Below are positions 48,390 to 59,236 of a stretch of 64,000 bases of DNA, piece after piece. A program made the position numbers and the translations under genes. Origin of the DNA: a virus. The stretch's first letter is position 1. Every line of letters begins with the position of its first letter. The notes under the pieces are model-generated. The model saw only the letters and a program-made list of their open reading frames with translations. It was not told where the DNA came from and did no database searches. The stretch spans positions 32,001 to 96,000 of IMG/VR virus record IMGVR_UViG_3300027869_000006. One strand, written 5' to 3'.

Positions 48390-48986
48390 ATGTACTTCAT
48401 CTATGCACTTGCTGATCCTCGCACTGGCATCATCTGGTATATCGGTATTACGACGGACATGCATCGACGCTTTATGCAGCATGTGGGGTGTCAAGGGAAT
48501 AATCTTGAGAAGAATACATGGATACGAGCATTGAGAAGTGAAACCTTGCTGCCTGCATTGAAGATTCTTGAGAGTGTCCCGACCAATCAACAAGCCAGGG
48601 AACGAGAAGACTATTGGATACAATGGTACCTGGGGGAAGGGATGCCTTTGACAAATATTCTGCAAGAAAAAGGCGAGCAGCAATCTTCCATGAAATCTTC
48701 CCCAAAGACTCCTAAAAAGCCAATCATGAAGTCGGTAGAAGAAGAGGATAGAAAGAAACCGGAACTCAAAGAGACGCAGCGACGGCTTCACTACTGGCGC
48801 ACGAGGCGATTTTTTTCGATGGATGACCTGGCAGAACGTTCGGGAGTAGACAAGGGTACTATCTACAAGATTGAAACGAAGGGTGGTAGACCCAGATATG
48901 AGACGGCTGAGAAACTGGCGAAGGCATTGGGTATCACACTTGACGAATTGTACGGCGACGAGGGTCAGGAAACGAACAGCGCCTAA
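48390..48986 (+). CDS. GIY-YIG-like domain fused to an XRE HTH
   Basis: FIYALADPRTG..WYIGIT...REDYWI...PLTN; C-terminal LAERSGVDKGTIYKIE..KLAKALGITLDEL. Confidence 0.75.
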   Translation: MYFIYALADPRTGIIWYIGITTDMHRRFMQHVGCQGNNLEKNTWIRALRSETLLPALKILESVPTNQQAREREDYWIQWYLGEGMPLTNILQEKGEQQSSMKSSPKTPKKPIMKSVEEEDRKKPELKETQRRLHYWRTRRFFSMDDLAERSGVDKGTIYKIETKGGRPRYETAEKLAKALGITLDELYGDEGQETNSA

Positions 48987-49072
48987 ATTGTGAGAGAGAT
49001 TCCTGTTGGGGCGCATCGAATGATGCCCCATGCTCTGTGCTTGTGTTCGCTGTCGTCTCTCTCTCAGTTGCT

Positions 49073-49345
49073 TCATGCGCTTTCCTCTGCTCGTTTTCTT
49101 CGTGTGGCACTGCCCTTTTTTCCGGCTGCCGAGGCTTCTTCTTTCGTCCAGCAATGCGCGGTACCAGCAGCATGTGAGGCTGCGCCGCCCATTGCCGCGA
49201 TCCTCTTGCGCTGTTCGACGGAGAGTGCAGCAAAGCCCTTGTGCAGTTTTCCTTGTGCTGCCGATGGGGGGGAAAGCATCGGCACCGGAGGAATGTCCTG
49301 GGATGGGTCGTGTGGGCGTGCTTTCGTAAAAAATGGTAACTTCAC
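49073..49345 (-). CDS. KGG-motif (general stress protein-like) protein
   Basis: GFAALSVEQRKRIAAMGG...HCWTKEEASAAGKKG. Confidence 0.75.
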   Translation of the reverse strand: MKLPFFTKARPHDPSQDIPPVPMLSPPSAAQGKLHKGFAALSVEQRKRIAAMGGAASHAAGTAHCWTKEEASAAGKKGSATRRKRAEESA

Positions 49346-49830
49346 GTGTTTCTCTGCTCCCTTGCCACATGGCTTGAATTGTCTCTAGGTGTCCTGTTGT
49401 AATTCGGTAAGTATCCCTTTGAGGAGTTCCAGTGCGAGTTTTCCTGCCTCTTCTTTGCTGAAGGTGAAGCGTGCGACGGCAGTAAACAGATCAAGGCTGG
49501 CATCCTCGACCAACGGGACACACGTCGGGAGTTCCGTGAGATCGATCAGTTTCCCAATCTCGCTCGCTGCCTCTTCAGCGATGAGGATATCCAGGCGTTT
49601 GCCTTGCTTCTTCAGCAGTGTGAGGTGATCGGGATGTAGAGCGATTTCCTGTGCCCAGAAGCCCCAACCCTTCAGAAAGAGACCAGAGAGACGTTGTACC
49701 TGCCGATACATACTGGTTTCGTCTTCTTTGTTGCGAAGGGTGAGGAGCAGCTCGTCTCCCGGCTCAATCGTGTATTTGTGTAAACACATCGCGACGAGTT
49801 GTGTATACGTGAGTTTTTGTCTCATTTACC

Positions 49831-50352
49831 TCAGATGGTTCCTTTCTTGTTGTTGTGTTGTTGAGAGGCAGTTCGTGCCTCCATCGGCGTCGCGTAGACC
49901 GTGAACTTGACCTCGTGCTCCGCGAGCAAGTTGAGGAGTGCCCATCGTTCTTCTTTGTGCCAGGTCGGACCCTGTTCCTGGATGTCCCACAGTGCCCGGA
50001 AGAGTGCAAGCTTTTCCTGGCCCGTTCCCCTGGAAGAGAAGAGTGCCTCCTCGACCAATGGTTGAGTAAAGCGAAGCCAGTCTCGTGGCAGTGGGGAATC
50101 ATACATCTGGATATCCCACAGTGCCCGGAAGATGTCTACCCTGCCGTTCATGGTCAACTTGGAGAAGAACAGTGCCTTTTCCAAGAGTGGTTTCATCCAA
50201 TTGAGCCAATCCGTACGCGTGCAATCACGCACGCGCCGAGGTGTCCCGTCTTCCCCCAAAAAATACCAGCGTAATTGTTCCTGTGGAAATGCAACGGTAA
50301 TCCCTGATTCCTTGAAGTATCCACTCCTCGGTTGCTCAATTTTCGTAATCAT
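49831..50352 (-). CDS. Hypothetical protein with internal repeat
   Basis: DW...PL.E.ALF....FRALWDIQ x2; RBS AAGGGGGAAG. Confidence 0.6.
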   Translation of the reverse strand: MITKIEQPRSGYFKESGITVAFPQEQLRWYFLGEDGTPRRVRDCTRTDWLNWMKPLLEKALFFSKLTMNGRVDIFRALWDIQMYDSPLPRDWLRFTQPLVEEALFSSRGTGQEKLALFRALWDIQEQGPTWHKEERWALLNLLAEHEVKFTVYATPMEARTASQQHNNKKGTI

Positions 50353-50447
50353 CGTATCCTTCCCCCTTGTGATACACTAGCAGTCCCTTTGGCTTGTCAG
50401 GCCGCTTTACTCTTGACATGAACTCCACTATATGGTACAATAGTTCT

Positions 50448-51599
50448 ATGAGAACGTATGAATACCGTCTCTATCCGAATAAAAAGCAGTACCACTTGCT
50501 CATGCAGTGTTTGATGGAGTCTCGCATGCTCTATAACGAGATGTTGAAGACAATCAAGGCACAGTATGAACAGGATGGTACATTTCCAAGTAAATATGAT
50601 TTGGATAAACTGTTTCAAGGATGCAGTGGGGAGCATGTCCCTGCTAGTACGGTACAAATGCTTTCTGACCGACTCTCCAAGTCCCTTAAACGCTTTCTTA
50701 AAGCCCGTGAGTTGGGTATTCCTGATGTAGGCTTTCCGCGATTCAAGAAGCCGAATCGGTGGCATTCCATTCAATTGCGACAATACGGTGATAAACAAAG
50801 ACATCGTAATGTTTGGCTGGATGAAGAGAAGAAACGCTTGTGGGTTCCTAAGAAATTGGGAACCTCTCTGAAAATTAAGTTGCACCGTAAGATCGAGGGG
50901 ACCCCCAAAACTGTCCATCTCGTACTTCGTGCAGATGGGCACTGGTATGCCCTGATCGTCTGTGAAACAGAGCCACAAACAGACCGTCTTCCAAGCACGT
51001 GCGAGCATCCTGCTATTGGTATCGACGTGGGCTTGAAGTCTTTCTTGACTGATAGTGAAGGTCATACCATAGCAAATCCGCGCTATTATCGCAAAAGTCA
51101 ATGCACGCTTCGACGCAAACAACGCACGATGTGCCGACGTAAGAAGGGTTCTCACCGCCGCCGCAAAGCTGCAAAGAGTACGGCACAAACCCATCTGAAG
51201 ATTAAACGACAACGCCGTGACCATCATTTCAAGGTTGCCAAACAGTATGCAGAGTCCTACGGGCATATTGCCGTGGAAGACCTTCAGATTTTCACTATGG
51301 TGCAAAACCATACTCTTGCCAAGAGCATTATGGATGCTGGCTGGGGACAATTCCTTCGTATTCTTGAGGCCAAGGCTGTAAGTGCCGGACATCAAGTCAT
51401 TCGAGTGAACCCCCGCTATACCACACAGGCATGCAGTAATTGTGGGGAACTTGTTCACAAGTCCCTCAGTGTTCGTACGCATATCTGTACCTCCTGTGGC
51501 TATATTGCTGACCGTGATGTCAATGCTGCACAAAACATTTTACAACGGGCCGGGCACGGCCTTCAGGGACGGTCTCCGTTGGGAGTCCGGTTGAACTGA
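50448..51599 (+). CDS. tnpB: TnpB RNA-guided endonuclease (intact)
   Basis: RTYEYRLYP HTH, GFPRFK, AIGIDVG, IAVEDL, CSNCG/CTSCG, DRDVNAA; promoter TTGACA-17-TACAAT-6nt-ATG at 50413-50441. Confidence 0.93.
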   Translation: MRTYEYRLYPNKKQYHLLMQCLMESRMLYNEMLKTIKAQYEQDGTFPSKYDLDKLFQGCSGEHVPASTVQMLSDRLSKSLKRFLKARELGIPDVGFPRFKKPNRWHSIQLRQYGDKQRHRNVWLDEEKKRLWVPKKLGTSLKIKLHRKIEGTPKTVHLVLRADGHWYALIVCETEPQTDRLPSTCEHPAIGIDVGLKSFLTDSEGHTIANPRYYRKSQCTLRRKQRTMCRRKKGSHRRRKAAKSTAQTHLKIKRQRRDHHFKVAKQYAESYGHIAVEDLQIFTMVQNHTLAKSIMDAGWGQFLRILEAKAVSAGHQVIRVNPRYTTQACSNCGELVHKSLSVRTHICTSCGYIADRDVNAAQNILQRAGHGLQGRSPLGVRLN

Positions 51600-51642
51600 G
51601 AAGCCCGTAAGGGAGTTGCCACCAGCGTAACCGCTCCTGTGG
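51480..51642 (+). ncRNA. Putative TnpB omegaRNA/reRNA with 3' guide
   Basis: Typical 3' motif GGGCACGGCCTTC...GAACTGAGAAGCCC...GGGAGTTGCCAC, then flank-derived guide from ~51623; 5' boundary approximate. Confidence 0.55.
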
Positions 51643-51717
51643 GAAGGCGACCGTGCTCCCGCCGTCCTTGAAATAGCCTGTTCGTGGTTGTTCGATGTCT
51701 CGTGATTCTGCTGCCAT
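51623..51717 (-). pseudogene. Orphan N-terminus of the 49831..50352 gene, cut off by the tnpB cassette
   Basis: IEQPRTGYFKDGGSTVAFPQERLRW vs IEQPRSGYFKESGITVAFPQEQLRW; same AAGGGGGAAG RBS. Confidence 0.75.
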
Positions 51718-52260
51718 TGCTCTTCCCCCTTTTGGCAATGCTGACTGACAGAAGTTAGTGGTCCATGTGCTCCTCTACGGGTCCTCCGATTTCTGTAGCA
51801 AACACCACCCGCCGCTTTTCCGTTTGTTCCGGGTCAATCTCCTCCTCATAGACCTCCCAGGCGTCTAATTCCACGACCTCGACCTCCCCAGTATCACAGA
51901 GAAGAGAGAGAGATGCTGGTGTTGGGATAGGTACCACCACGGTCTCGGTCTCTGCCAGGTCGCCGCGCTGCTGGTGTTCCTGCCAATCGGTGATAGGATT
52001 GTCGGTCGTTGGCCCACCGGGGCGAAACCAGAGACGCTCGGCCATGCGCAGCGGGTCACTCGGCGCAAGCTCCTGTCTGCGTGGATAGAGGAACATCTCC
52101 CGGTGGATCGCTCGGTAGTAGTCGCCCGGGTTCTTGACGTAGTCCGGGAGTCCAAGTGTCTCTTGTATGGCACGCCAATGTGCGCGGCCTGATGCACTCT
52201 TCCAGTAGAGCGCACGGGTCTCTTCCGGCAACATGGCCGGATCAAGTGCATATCGTTGCA

Positions 52261-52764
52261 TTACCTGTTGCCCGCAAGCGCGGGTTTCCCCTTTCTTCGT
52301 GAGTGTGGGCGAGCTACATCTGGGGGGAGAGGACGTAGCTCTAGGATGTAGAGAGTGATTTCAATGCGCGGATTGGCCTTGTCGATACGACGGTCAACAT
52401 GCGCAGTTTCAAATTTATTATCATTGAATCCAAGAACCGTTGCGATCAAGTCAAGGGTCGCCTTCAGCCGATTGAGCACATCGCTTCTTCTTGAAGGCAC
52501 ATACACCCAGGCATCACATCCAAGCACGGAGGCCCGCGCCCAATCAGGATGGTATATCCCTTGACTGAGGAGAATGTAGCCAGCATCGTGTTGCCAATCG
52601 CGGAGCTTTCGGCTGCTAATGAAGCGGGTCCCCAGTGAGCCATCCTTTTTCCTGAAGGAGATAGGAGTGTACATCTCATTCTCGGAAGGCGGCAATGGGA
52701 GCTCGAAGGTTGCCTCCTTCAAACGAAATCGTGTGAGAGGTGCGTTTGGAAGAATGAGCTTCAT
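52261..52764 (-). CDS. rusA: RusA-like Holliday junction resolvase
   Basis: LPLPPSENEMY...RRSDVLNRLKATLD.....GFNDNK...PRIEITL; start approximate. Confidence 0.75.
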   Translation of the reverse strand: MKLILPNAPLTRFRLKEATFELPLPPSENEMYTPISFRKKDGSLGTRFISSRKLRDWQHDAGYILLSQGIYHPDWARASVLGCDAWVYVPSRRSDVLNRLKATLDLIATVLGFNDNKFETAHVDRRIDKANPRIEITLYILELRPLPPDVARPHSRRKGKPALAGNR

Positions 52765-53732
52765 TGGTTGAACTATGATGCGTACTCCCTTCTTTCCCTC
52801 GCCCGTCTCCGTTGTCGTGCCCGTACTCGCATGATGATCCAGGTGATCCACAGGAGGATCAGGATGATCCAACTTGACGCATACACGTACAGATAGCCAA
52901 CATCGTCGTGCCATTTCATCGGACCGTCTCCTCCTCTCCCCTATCCATTGTTCCAGTATAGGCAGCCTGATAAATCTTGTGAGCAGCCGAGAGCGAAGGG
53001 GGCACAGAGAGGCCAAGATCATGGGAAAACAGCAGGCGATACTCGTCATACCACGCGAGAAAGTCCTCCGCTTCTTGCAGCTCTTCACTCACCGCTTGCC
53101 GCTCGCTTGCTTGCTGTGATGAAGCAGCAGAGGAGATAGGTATGCGCTTGCATGTGCTTTTGACAAGGGGAACGAGCCAATCGAACAGGAGCAGGAAGAC
53201 AATACCCAGACCCAGGAGGAAGCCAAACATGAAGAGTATGAGAAGTCCACAGAGCGTCAGGAGCAGGCGCTTTGTCCTGTGAAGAGAAGATGAAACGCGG
53301 CGCGACCGACGTTCAAACGGTGTTCCATGGAAAACGTTCCACATTACCCCTCCCCCTCCCCTCATCGCTTTCTCGCTCACACCTCCTGCTCTGATGGCAT
53401 ACCCGTCGCGTTCTCGTGTAAATACGAACTCAACCATACCAGAAGAGCAACAGTGGAGTTACCCAAATTATAGAGAATACATCGTAAAATTACAAGCCTT
53501 TTTTCTGACAATTCTTTCATAATTTATACGGTGGAGTTCATATTGCTACTTCTCTCATATCACGTGCGTATTTACAGTAGAGTTCGTCTTGTACAACATG
53601 GACTCACTTCAATTACGAAAGCAATAGAGCAGAGATGGCATGACGGGCCAGGCATCAGCAAAAAGGTACAAAGGTTACTTATGTCACAAAAGGGTATGTT
53701 ACACTGAAAAGAGAACAAAAGAAGTGTAACAT

Positions 53733-53755
53733 ATAGATGCTATTTTAGCATCTAT
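53733..53755. promoter_or_regulatory. Palindromic operator-like site
   Basis: ATAGATGCTA-TTT-TAGCATCTAT immediately before TGTGGTAGAAT (extended -10) of the 53782 gene. Confidence 0.55.
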
Positions 53756-53781
53756 TGTGGTAGAATAGGAAAGGAGTACTA

Positions 53782-54123
53782 ATGGCTGATGTCGGTCGCA
53801 AACAAGAAAGGGAATTAATTTTGTTTGGGCGCTATATGCGAGTTGCCAGTAAACTCAAGGCCAGGAAACTAGGAGTCAGTCGCTATACCTGGGAACAGAT
53901 CAGCCTAGAGACTGGAAAAGACCCTTCCTTGCTAGTAAAGGCAGTCAGCGGTGAAACAAAAAGACCGGCGGTTGAAAACGTCTGGGCATGGATCAGAGTC
54001 CTTGAACCTGGAGAGAGATTGGAACGGCTTATTTGTAGTAGTTTGAGGTACTCAACCGAGAAGGATTTCACTGATGCTGAGACCTCTATCGATGCTTTGG
54101 AACAGGAAGAAGATATCCAGTGA
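53782..54123 (+). CDS. HTH repressor-like protein
   Basis: YTWEQISLETGKDPSLLVKAVSGETKRP; RBS AAGGAG; divergent from the leftward operon. Confidence 0.6.
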   Translation: MADVGRKQERELILFGRYMRVASKLKARKLGVSRYTWEQISLETGKDPSLLVKAVSGETKRPAVENVWAWIRVLEPGERLERLICSSLRYSTEKDFTDAETSIDALEQEEDIQ

Positions 54124-55860
54124 GAGAGACGAGATAAAATATCTATGAAAGTGTGTGAAATTATGTACAGAAGATATGTATCATAGCCTTGCATAGGGAA
54201 GAGCGAGATGGTATGCTTCCCCTTGTCCCCTCCAGGGGGAGACCGTCCAGGTGCGTAGGTACGCGAAAATGTATACACAACGGAGATGGTGCGTACTGAA
54301 TGCCTGGATGCCGGGCTAGGGGTGGAAGTACCATTACCACACTCCTAGAGCTACCGGAGAGAAGGCTAGAAACGTAAGATCGACGTTTCTAGCCTGTATC
54401 ATTTTTGGGGTATTTCTGCTACACTAGAAGTCCAGCACAACCGCCGCAGGAGGTTCACCAGAACCGTAAGTACGGCAAAGCCTCCTGCACCCACACATCT
54501 CATGACGCCTGTTCCCCCTGCAAGCATTCGAGCGTGATGCTCCGTAACTGATCGACTATGTGCGAGAGGCCGACGCGGTTGTTGCTATACTTGGTATACG
54601 GCTCGCTCACCTCTACGGCATAGAGTCCGATGTCTGCATTGAGTGAGGTGAGGGTGACGGTGATCCCCTGCGTGCCCAGGTAAGCAACCAGCCTCGTGAT
54701 CTCGTTGAGCCAGCCTGTGAGCTCGGCGGTGCGTGCCTGCTGGCGAGGCGGATGGACGGGTGAAGGTGAGAGGGATCGGCGCGAATACTTCGATGGCATG
54801 ATCTTTCTCTCTCTCAATGACACCACCCGTACAGAGATGCGCGTGCCTGCTCGATGGTTACACCACGCTCGCCTCTGCGTAATTGCGCCACATCCTCATC
54901 AGTTTCATCGGCCATCGGCTGACTCAGGATGCGGCAGGGACACCATGCCTCTGTGCAGATGTGCGTTCCACCGTAGACGGCCTCAAAGACTGGGCCTGTC
55001 AGGGTCCGCACGAGATCAGCGAACGTGCCAGCGCGGTCCGTGTACCATTCCTGGATCGGGAGATATACTGCTGTTTGTGATCCCTGTTGGCAGGATTCCG
55101 CGATGACAGAACAGATGAAACCCGTAAACACCGTTTGTCGGAGATCAAGCACCTCTACCAGTACATCAATTTGTGCCTTGATCTGGGCGCGATTGTCTCC
55201 TTCCGCATCATAGGGATAATTGGCGAGATAGCCTTCCGTGTTATCATAGGCTAGAAACAGTTCTCGCAACTTTGCCTCAATACGCTCTTCAATTGTCATG
55301 CTTGCTCCTTCTTTTCTGTAAAGTCTTGCGGGAACGTCACCCTGATAATGGCTTCAGATTCCTGCTCTAGCGCTGCATGGTACGCCTTGACTGCCGTAAT
55401 CCGCTCGACGGGCCAGCAGCCATGTTTGTAACCAGGGAGGGCTTCAATCTCAGGAGGCAACGGGCGGGTTGTGAAGCTGCCGAGCCACTGTCCCTCATAG
55501 GTCGTCATGGTCGAGTGTCCTTGATAGGGCTCATAGACCTCGTAGGCCACGATGGGTGTCCCGATGATATCGAAACGGTGGGCGATCTTCCCATCTGGGA
55601 GCCTGACCCACTCGCTGATATCACTATGGGTCGGGTTGATGTTTCTCGTGAGGTTCATGCCACCTGGCTCCCTTCTCTCAAGGCGGGGACGAGCACTAGT
55701 GCCTCGGCATAGGTGCTGACTCGGTACAACGTGCGACTGACGATCCCTCGAAGGGTCGAGGTAAAGCGGACAACTTCAAACAACCCCGAACTTGGCTGAT
55801 AAATAGTTTGGTATCTCATGCTTGTTTCCTTCCTCATAACGAACGCTCTTACTACTATCT

Positions 55861-55889
55861 AGTATAGTTCATTTAAAGAGCAAAGTCAA
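55861..55889 (-). promoter_or_regulatory. sigma70 promoter
   Basis: TTGACT-17-TATACT. Confidence 0.6.
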
Positions 55890-56371
55890 GAGGAAAAGGG
55901 GGCAAAACGTACGAGTTTTAGGCAGGTCCAGAAACTGCCTGTTGCTTTCGCTCTCGGTAGACTTTCTGGAGTGATTTGGCCCGTTTAGGAATAAGGCGTA
56001 TGGTAAACGGTTCACGGTAGGGGAAGAGTGAGGTACGCAGGTGAGGTTTCCCATTCTTCGGGTTGACTGGGTGTCGAGCGTGTAGCAATTTCTCGTTGAC
56101 ATGGTGCTGCACGCTCTTATTGGTGTACTTTACATCAGGTACCTGGTACTCATGCTCTGCTCGCCAGGTATAGATAGCCGCAACGTCATGTACGGTAATC
56201 TCTCCGCCTACCGGCTCGATATGCAGATCAGCGAGAATACCCCGTATTTGCTTCTCGTCATAATAATGCATGGTGATCTCCCTCTTTCAAAAACGAGTAT
56301 TGCTCCTTTATAGCACAAACTATGAATTTTCCGCAAGGGGTGAAATTTCCTACAAACTCATGGGAAAACAC

Positions 56372-56400
56372 TTGACTTTGAGCCTTATATAAGCTATAAT
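56372..56400 (+). promoter_or_regulatory. sigma70 promoter of the rightward early operon
   Basis: TTGACT-17-TATAAT. Confidence 0.7.
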
Positions 56401-56730
56401 TGAACTTAGAAGATGAGAAAAGAAAGAGCGAGTCACAACGACCCGCTCAGACATCCAAAGCGAGAGGCACCGAAACCTTCACGTGTAAGTACCTCTCCAC
56501 CTGAAAGGATTGTAACACAATGAAGACAACGATGACACAAGCCATCCGCACAGAGCAGACAGCGACCAGTGGGTATGTGGGTCGGTTCCTCCGTGAGCGG
56601 CAGGAGGCCGAACGATTAGAGCGCGAGTACGCCGTACAGTTGGCCTGGTACCAGAGCCTCTCGGAAGAGCAGCGCCGGGCGTACCATGTACAGTTAAATA
56701 GCATTTACTGTTAAGAGAGGGAGAGAAGCA

Positions 56731-57567
56731 ATGTATCAATACAGTATCAGTGATCCACGCGGGTTAGAGGAGGAACAGATTCGGCGTATCGCTCCCTCGG
56801 TGTTTGCAGGGGCTGCGCATGAGAGCCGATCAACACGCTATGCCTACATCCCAACCAGCATGGTGTTGGCGGGATTGGCCCAAGAAGGATTTGTCCCGAC
56901 CGCTGCGATGCAATCTCAGTCTCGCATTGAAGGAAAATCTGAGTTTACGAAACACCTCCTGCGGTTGCGACACCGCGATGACCTGGGCATGACCAAGCCT
57001 GATGTGCTTGAAGTCGTCCTCGTCAATGCTCACGATGGTTCATCGGCCTATAAGCTCTATCATGGTATCTTTCGCATGGTCTGTTCCAACGGCCTGATCG
57101 CCGGGGACTTCAGTGATACCATGAGCGTGCGCCATACGGGCAATGTGGTGGATGAGGTCATTGAGGGAACGTATAAACTGGTAGAAGAGGGTGAAAAGGT
57201 GATGGGTCACGTTGAGGAAATGAAGCAGATTGAACTCGACCGACCTGAACAGTTGCTTCTTGCTCAGTATACCCTGAAAGCCCGTTTTGACCTGGACGAC
57301 TCCGAGGATGGTGAGCAAAAGAAAGAAGTCATCTATGAGCCATCCGACTTCCTGCGTCGCCGTCGATCAGCCGACGTGGGAGATGATCTTTACACCGTGA
57401 CCAATGTGGTCCAAGAAGCCGCGATCCGGGGTGGGGTGAAACGTCTCGATGGTCAAGGTCATCGCCATAGTACTCGCACTATCCACGGAATTGATCAGAC
57501 AGTTCGTCTCAATAAACTCGTCTGGCAGTTTGCTGAGGAGTTGCGGAAGTTCAAACATAGTCAGTAG
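56731..57567 (+). CDS. DUF932/DUF945 family protein
   Basis: APSVFA...HESRSTRYAYIPT...FTKHLLRLR...VNAHDGSSAY....GIFRMVCSNGLI. Confidence 0.9.
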   Translation: MYQYSISDPRGLEEEQIRRIAPSVFAGAAHESRSTRYAYIPTSMVLAGLAQEGFVPTAAMQSQSRIEGKSEFTKHLLRLRHRDDLGMTKPDVLEVVLVNAHDGSSAYKLYHGIFRMVCSNGLIAGDFSDTMSVRHTGNVVDEVIEGTYKLVEEGEKVMGHVEEMKQIELDRPEQLLLAQYTLKARFDLDDSEDGEQKKEVIYEPSDFLRRRRSADVGDDLYTVTNVVQEAAIRGGVKRLDGQGHRHSTRTIHGIDQTVRLNKLVWQFAEELRKFKHSQ

Positions 57568-57901
57568 TGCCATGTTTGACGAGGAGGATGAGTTGCTCCT
57601 GGTAGAAGATTACTTCTTATCAGGAGCAGCCTATGAAGACAGCGAGGCTGTGATGACGATATGGAGTACAATCATGCCAAGTGAGTGCTTAACACTCCTA
57701 GCATTCCTCAGAGAAGGGAGAAAACAGATGCATACCTATGACATCTATTACGAGCCAGCGGATACCGATGATCCGCGTATTCCCCTTGGTACCATACAGG
57801 CTGAGAGTATCAGTGATGCACTTGACAAGGCCGCACAATGGTTTGAATATGATTCTGCCGATTTAGTGGCTGTATTCGTTGTGAAAGAAGAGGAGTAAGT
57901 C

Positions 57902-58687
57902 ATGAGTGCGCAACAGGAGACAGAAGAGAGAGCACGCCCACGTGCATTCAATCCACGAGAGCACCTCATCGAGATTAAGAATCGGGGTGGAAGTGCTGAA
58001 TATCTTCCTGTCCAATACCGCCTAGTCTGGTTCCGAGAGCAGCATCCGCAGGGCACGATAGAGACTGAAATCGTGCAACTTGACCTTGACCGTGAGACTG
58101 AGGAGGAAGTCTTTGCCTGGAATAATGACACTCGCCGCAGTGAGAAAGTAGTGAAACGTGCCAATGGCTTTGTGATCTTCCGGGCAGTCGTCAAAGATGG
58201 CAAGGGTGGCATGGCAACCGGCACAAAATCAGAGAAGGCGGCAAGTTTTCCAGATTATCTCGAAAAGTGCGAATCGGGCGCGATAGGCAGAGCTTTAGCA
58301 GCACTTGGATACGGCACACAATTCGCCCCAGAGCTCAATGAGGAACATCGTATTGTGGACTCCCCGGTTGATCGGACTCCCTCGTTATCTGATGGGGTCC
58401 GTGCCTCCATTCACTCGACCTCCTCAACCGAGGATCGCAGCGCGGGTGGACCTACCCCTGATGGGAACGGTCGCAAGCCCCTGGTGAGTGTGAGCGTGAC
58501 CCCACCTACCGAACAGAAATCCCCGGATGCCAGGGCGACTGAGCAGCAATTGACGAGTATTCGTAAACTTTGTCACAGTTTGGGCAAACCTGAGCCTGAG
58601 AACCAGGAAACCATGACGTATCAGAGTGCGCGTGAACTCATACAACGCCTGAGCATTGACTATCGGCAGTCCAGAAAAGCAAGTTGA
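57902..58687 (+). CDS. Rad52/Sak-like single-strand annealing protein
   Basis: YLPVQYRLVWFR...IFRAVV...ATG...EKCESGAIGRALAALGYG; C-terminal ATEQQL motif. Confidence 0.7.
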   Translation: MSAQQETEERARPRAFNPREHLIEIKNRGGSAEYLPVQYRLVWFREQHPQGTIETEIVQLDLDRETEEEVFAWNNDTRRSEKVVKRANGFVIFRAVVKDGKGGMATGTKSEKAASFPDYLEKCESGAIGRALAALGYGTQFAPELNEEHRIVDSPVDRTPSLSDGVRASIHSTSSTEDRSAGGPTPDGNGRKPLVSVSVTPPTEQKSPDARATEQQLTSIRKLCHSLGKPEPENQETMTYQSARELIQRLSIDYRQSRKAS

Positions 58688-59236
58688 GAGAGAGATGTAC
58701 CATGCCACAACTGACCGGGGAACTTGTCTATCGTGCCTTCGTCTTTGGGGTGTCTCATCGCGTTCCTGCCACACCCACGAAACGCTGGCTGGAACTGACT
58801 GATGGGGGCCGCGCACTCTATGAGGGAATGGCCGCCTGGTTGAACTCTCTGCTCGAAGAGGCCGAGGGAATTGAACGTCTGGAGCAGATCACTGATAGTG
58901 AGGCAGAGCAGGTATCTTGATCTAAGCCCAATTGCTAGAAGTCAAAACAAGGAAGGAAAATACGGTGAATGACCATGAGGAGCCGAAGGAGCGAACCTTT
59001 ACCTTTACGGGGACATCTGCTGAATTACAACGTCTCCAGGAACTGGTGTGGGAACTACGGGAAATCGAGACGATGCCTCTTGATGCTATTCCCCCACGTA
59101 CCTTGTTCTATGATGCGTGGAGGAATGTCTATGTTCTCCTCAACGGGGAACAGTTGACCCCAGAGCAGGTACTACGAACAGGGATGTTCTTCGGCATGGT
59201 ATCAAAGATGCTCAAGGAACAGAAAGAAGGGAGAGT

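Noticed and set aside
47988-49370. 460-aa minus-strand ORF
   Set aside because: Antisense to two well-supported genes; no motifs.
50397-51533. 378-aa minus-strand ORF
   Set aside because: Antisense shadow of the intact tnpB.
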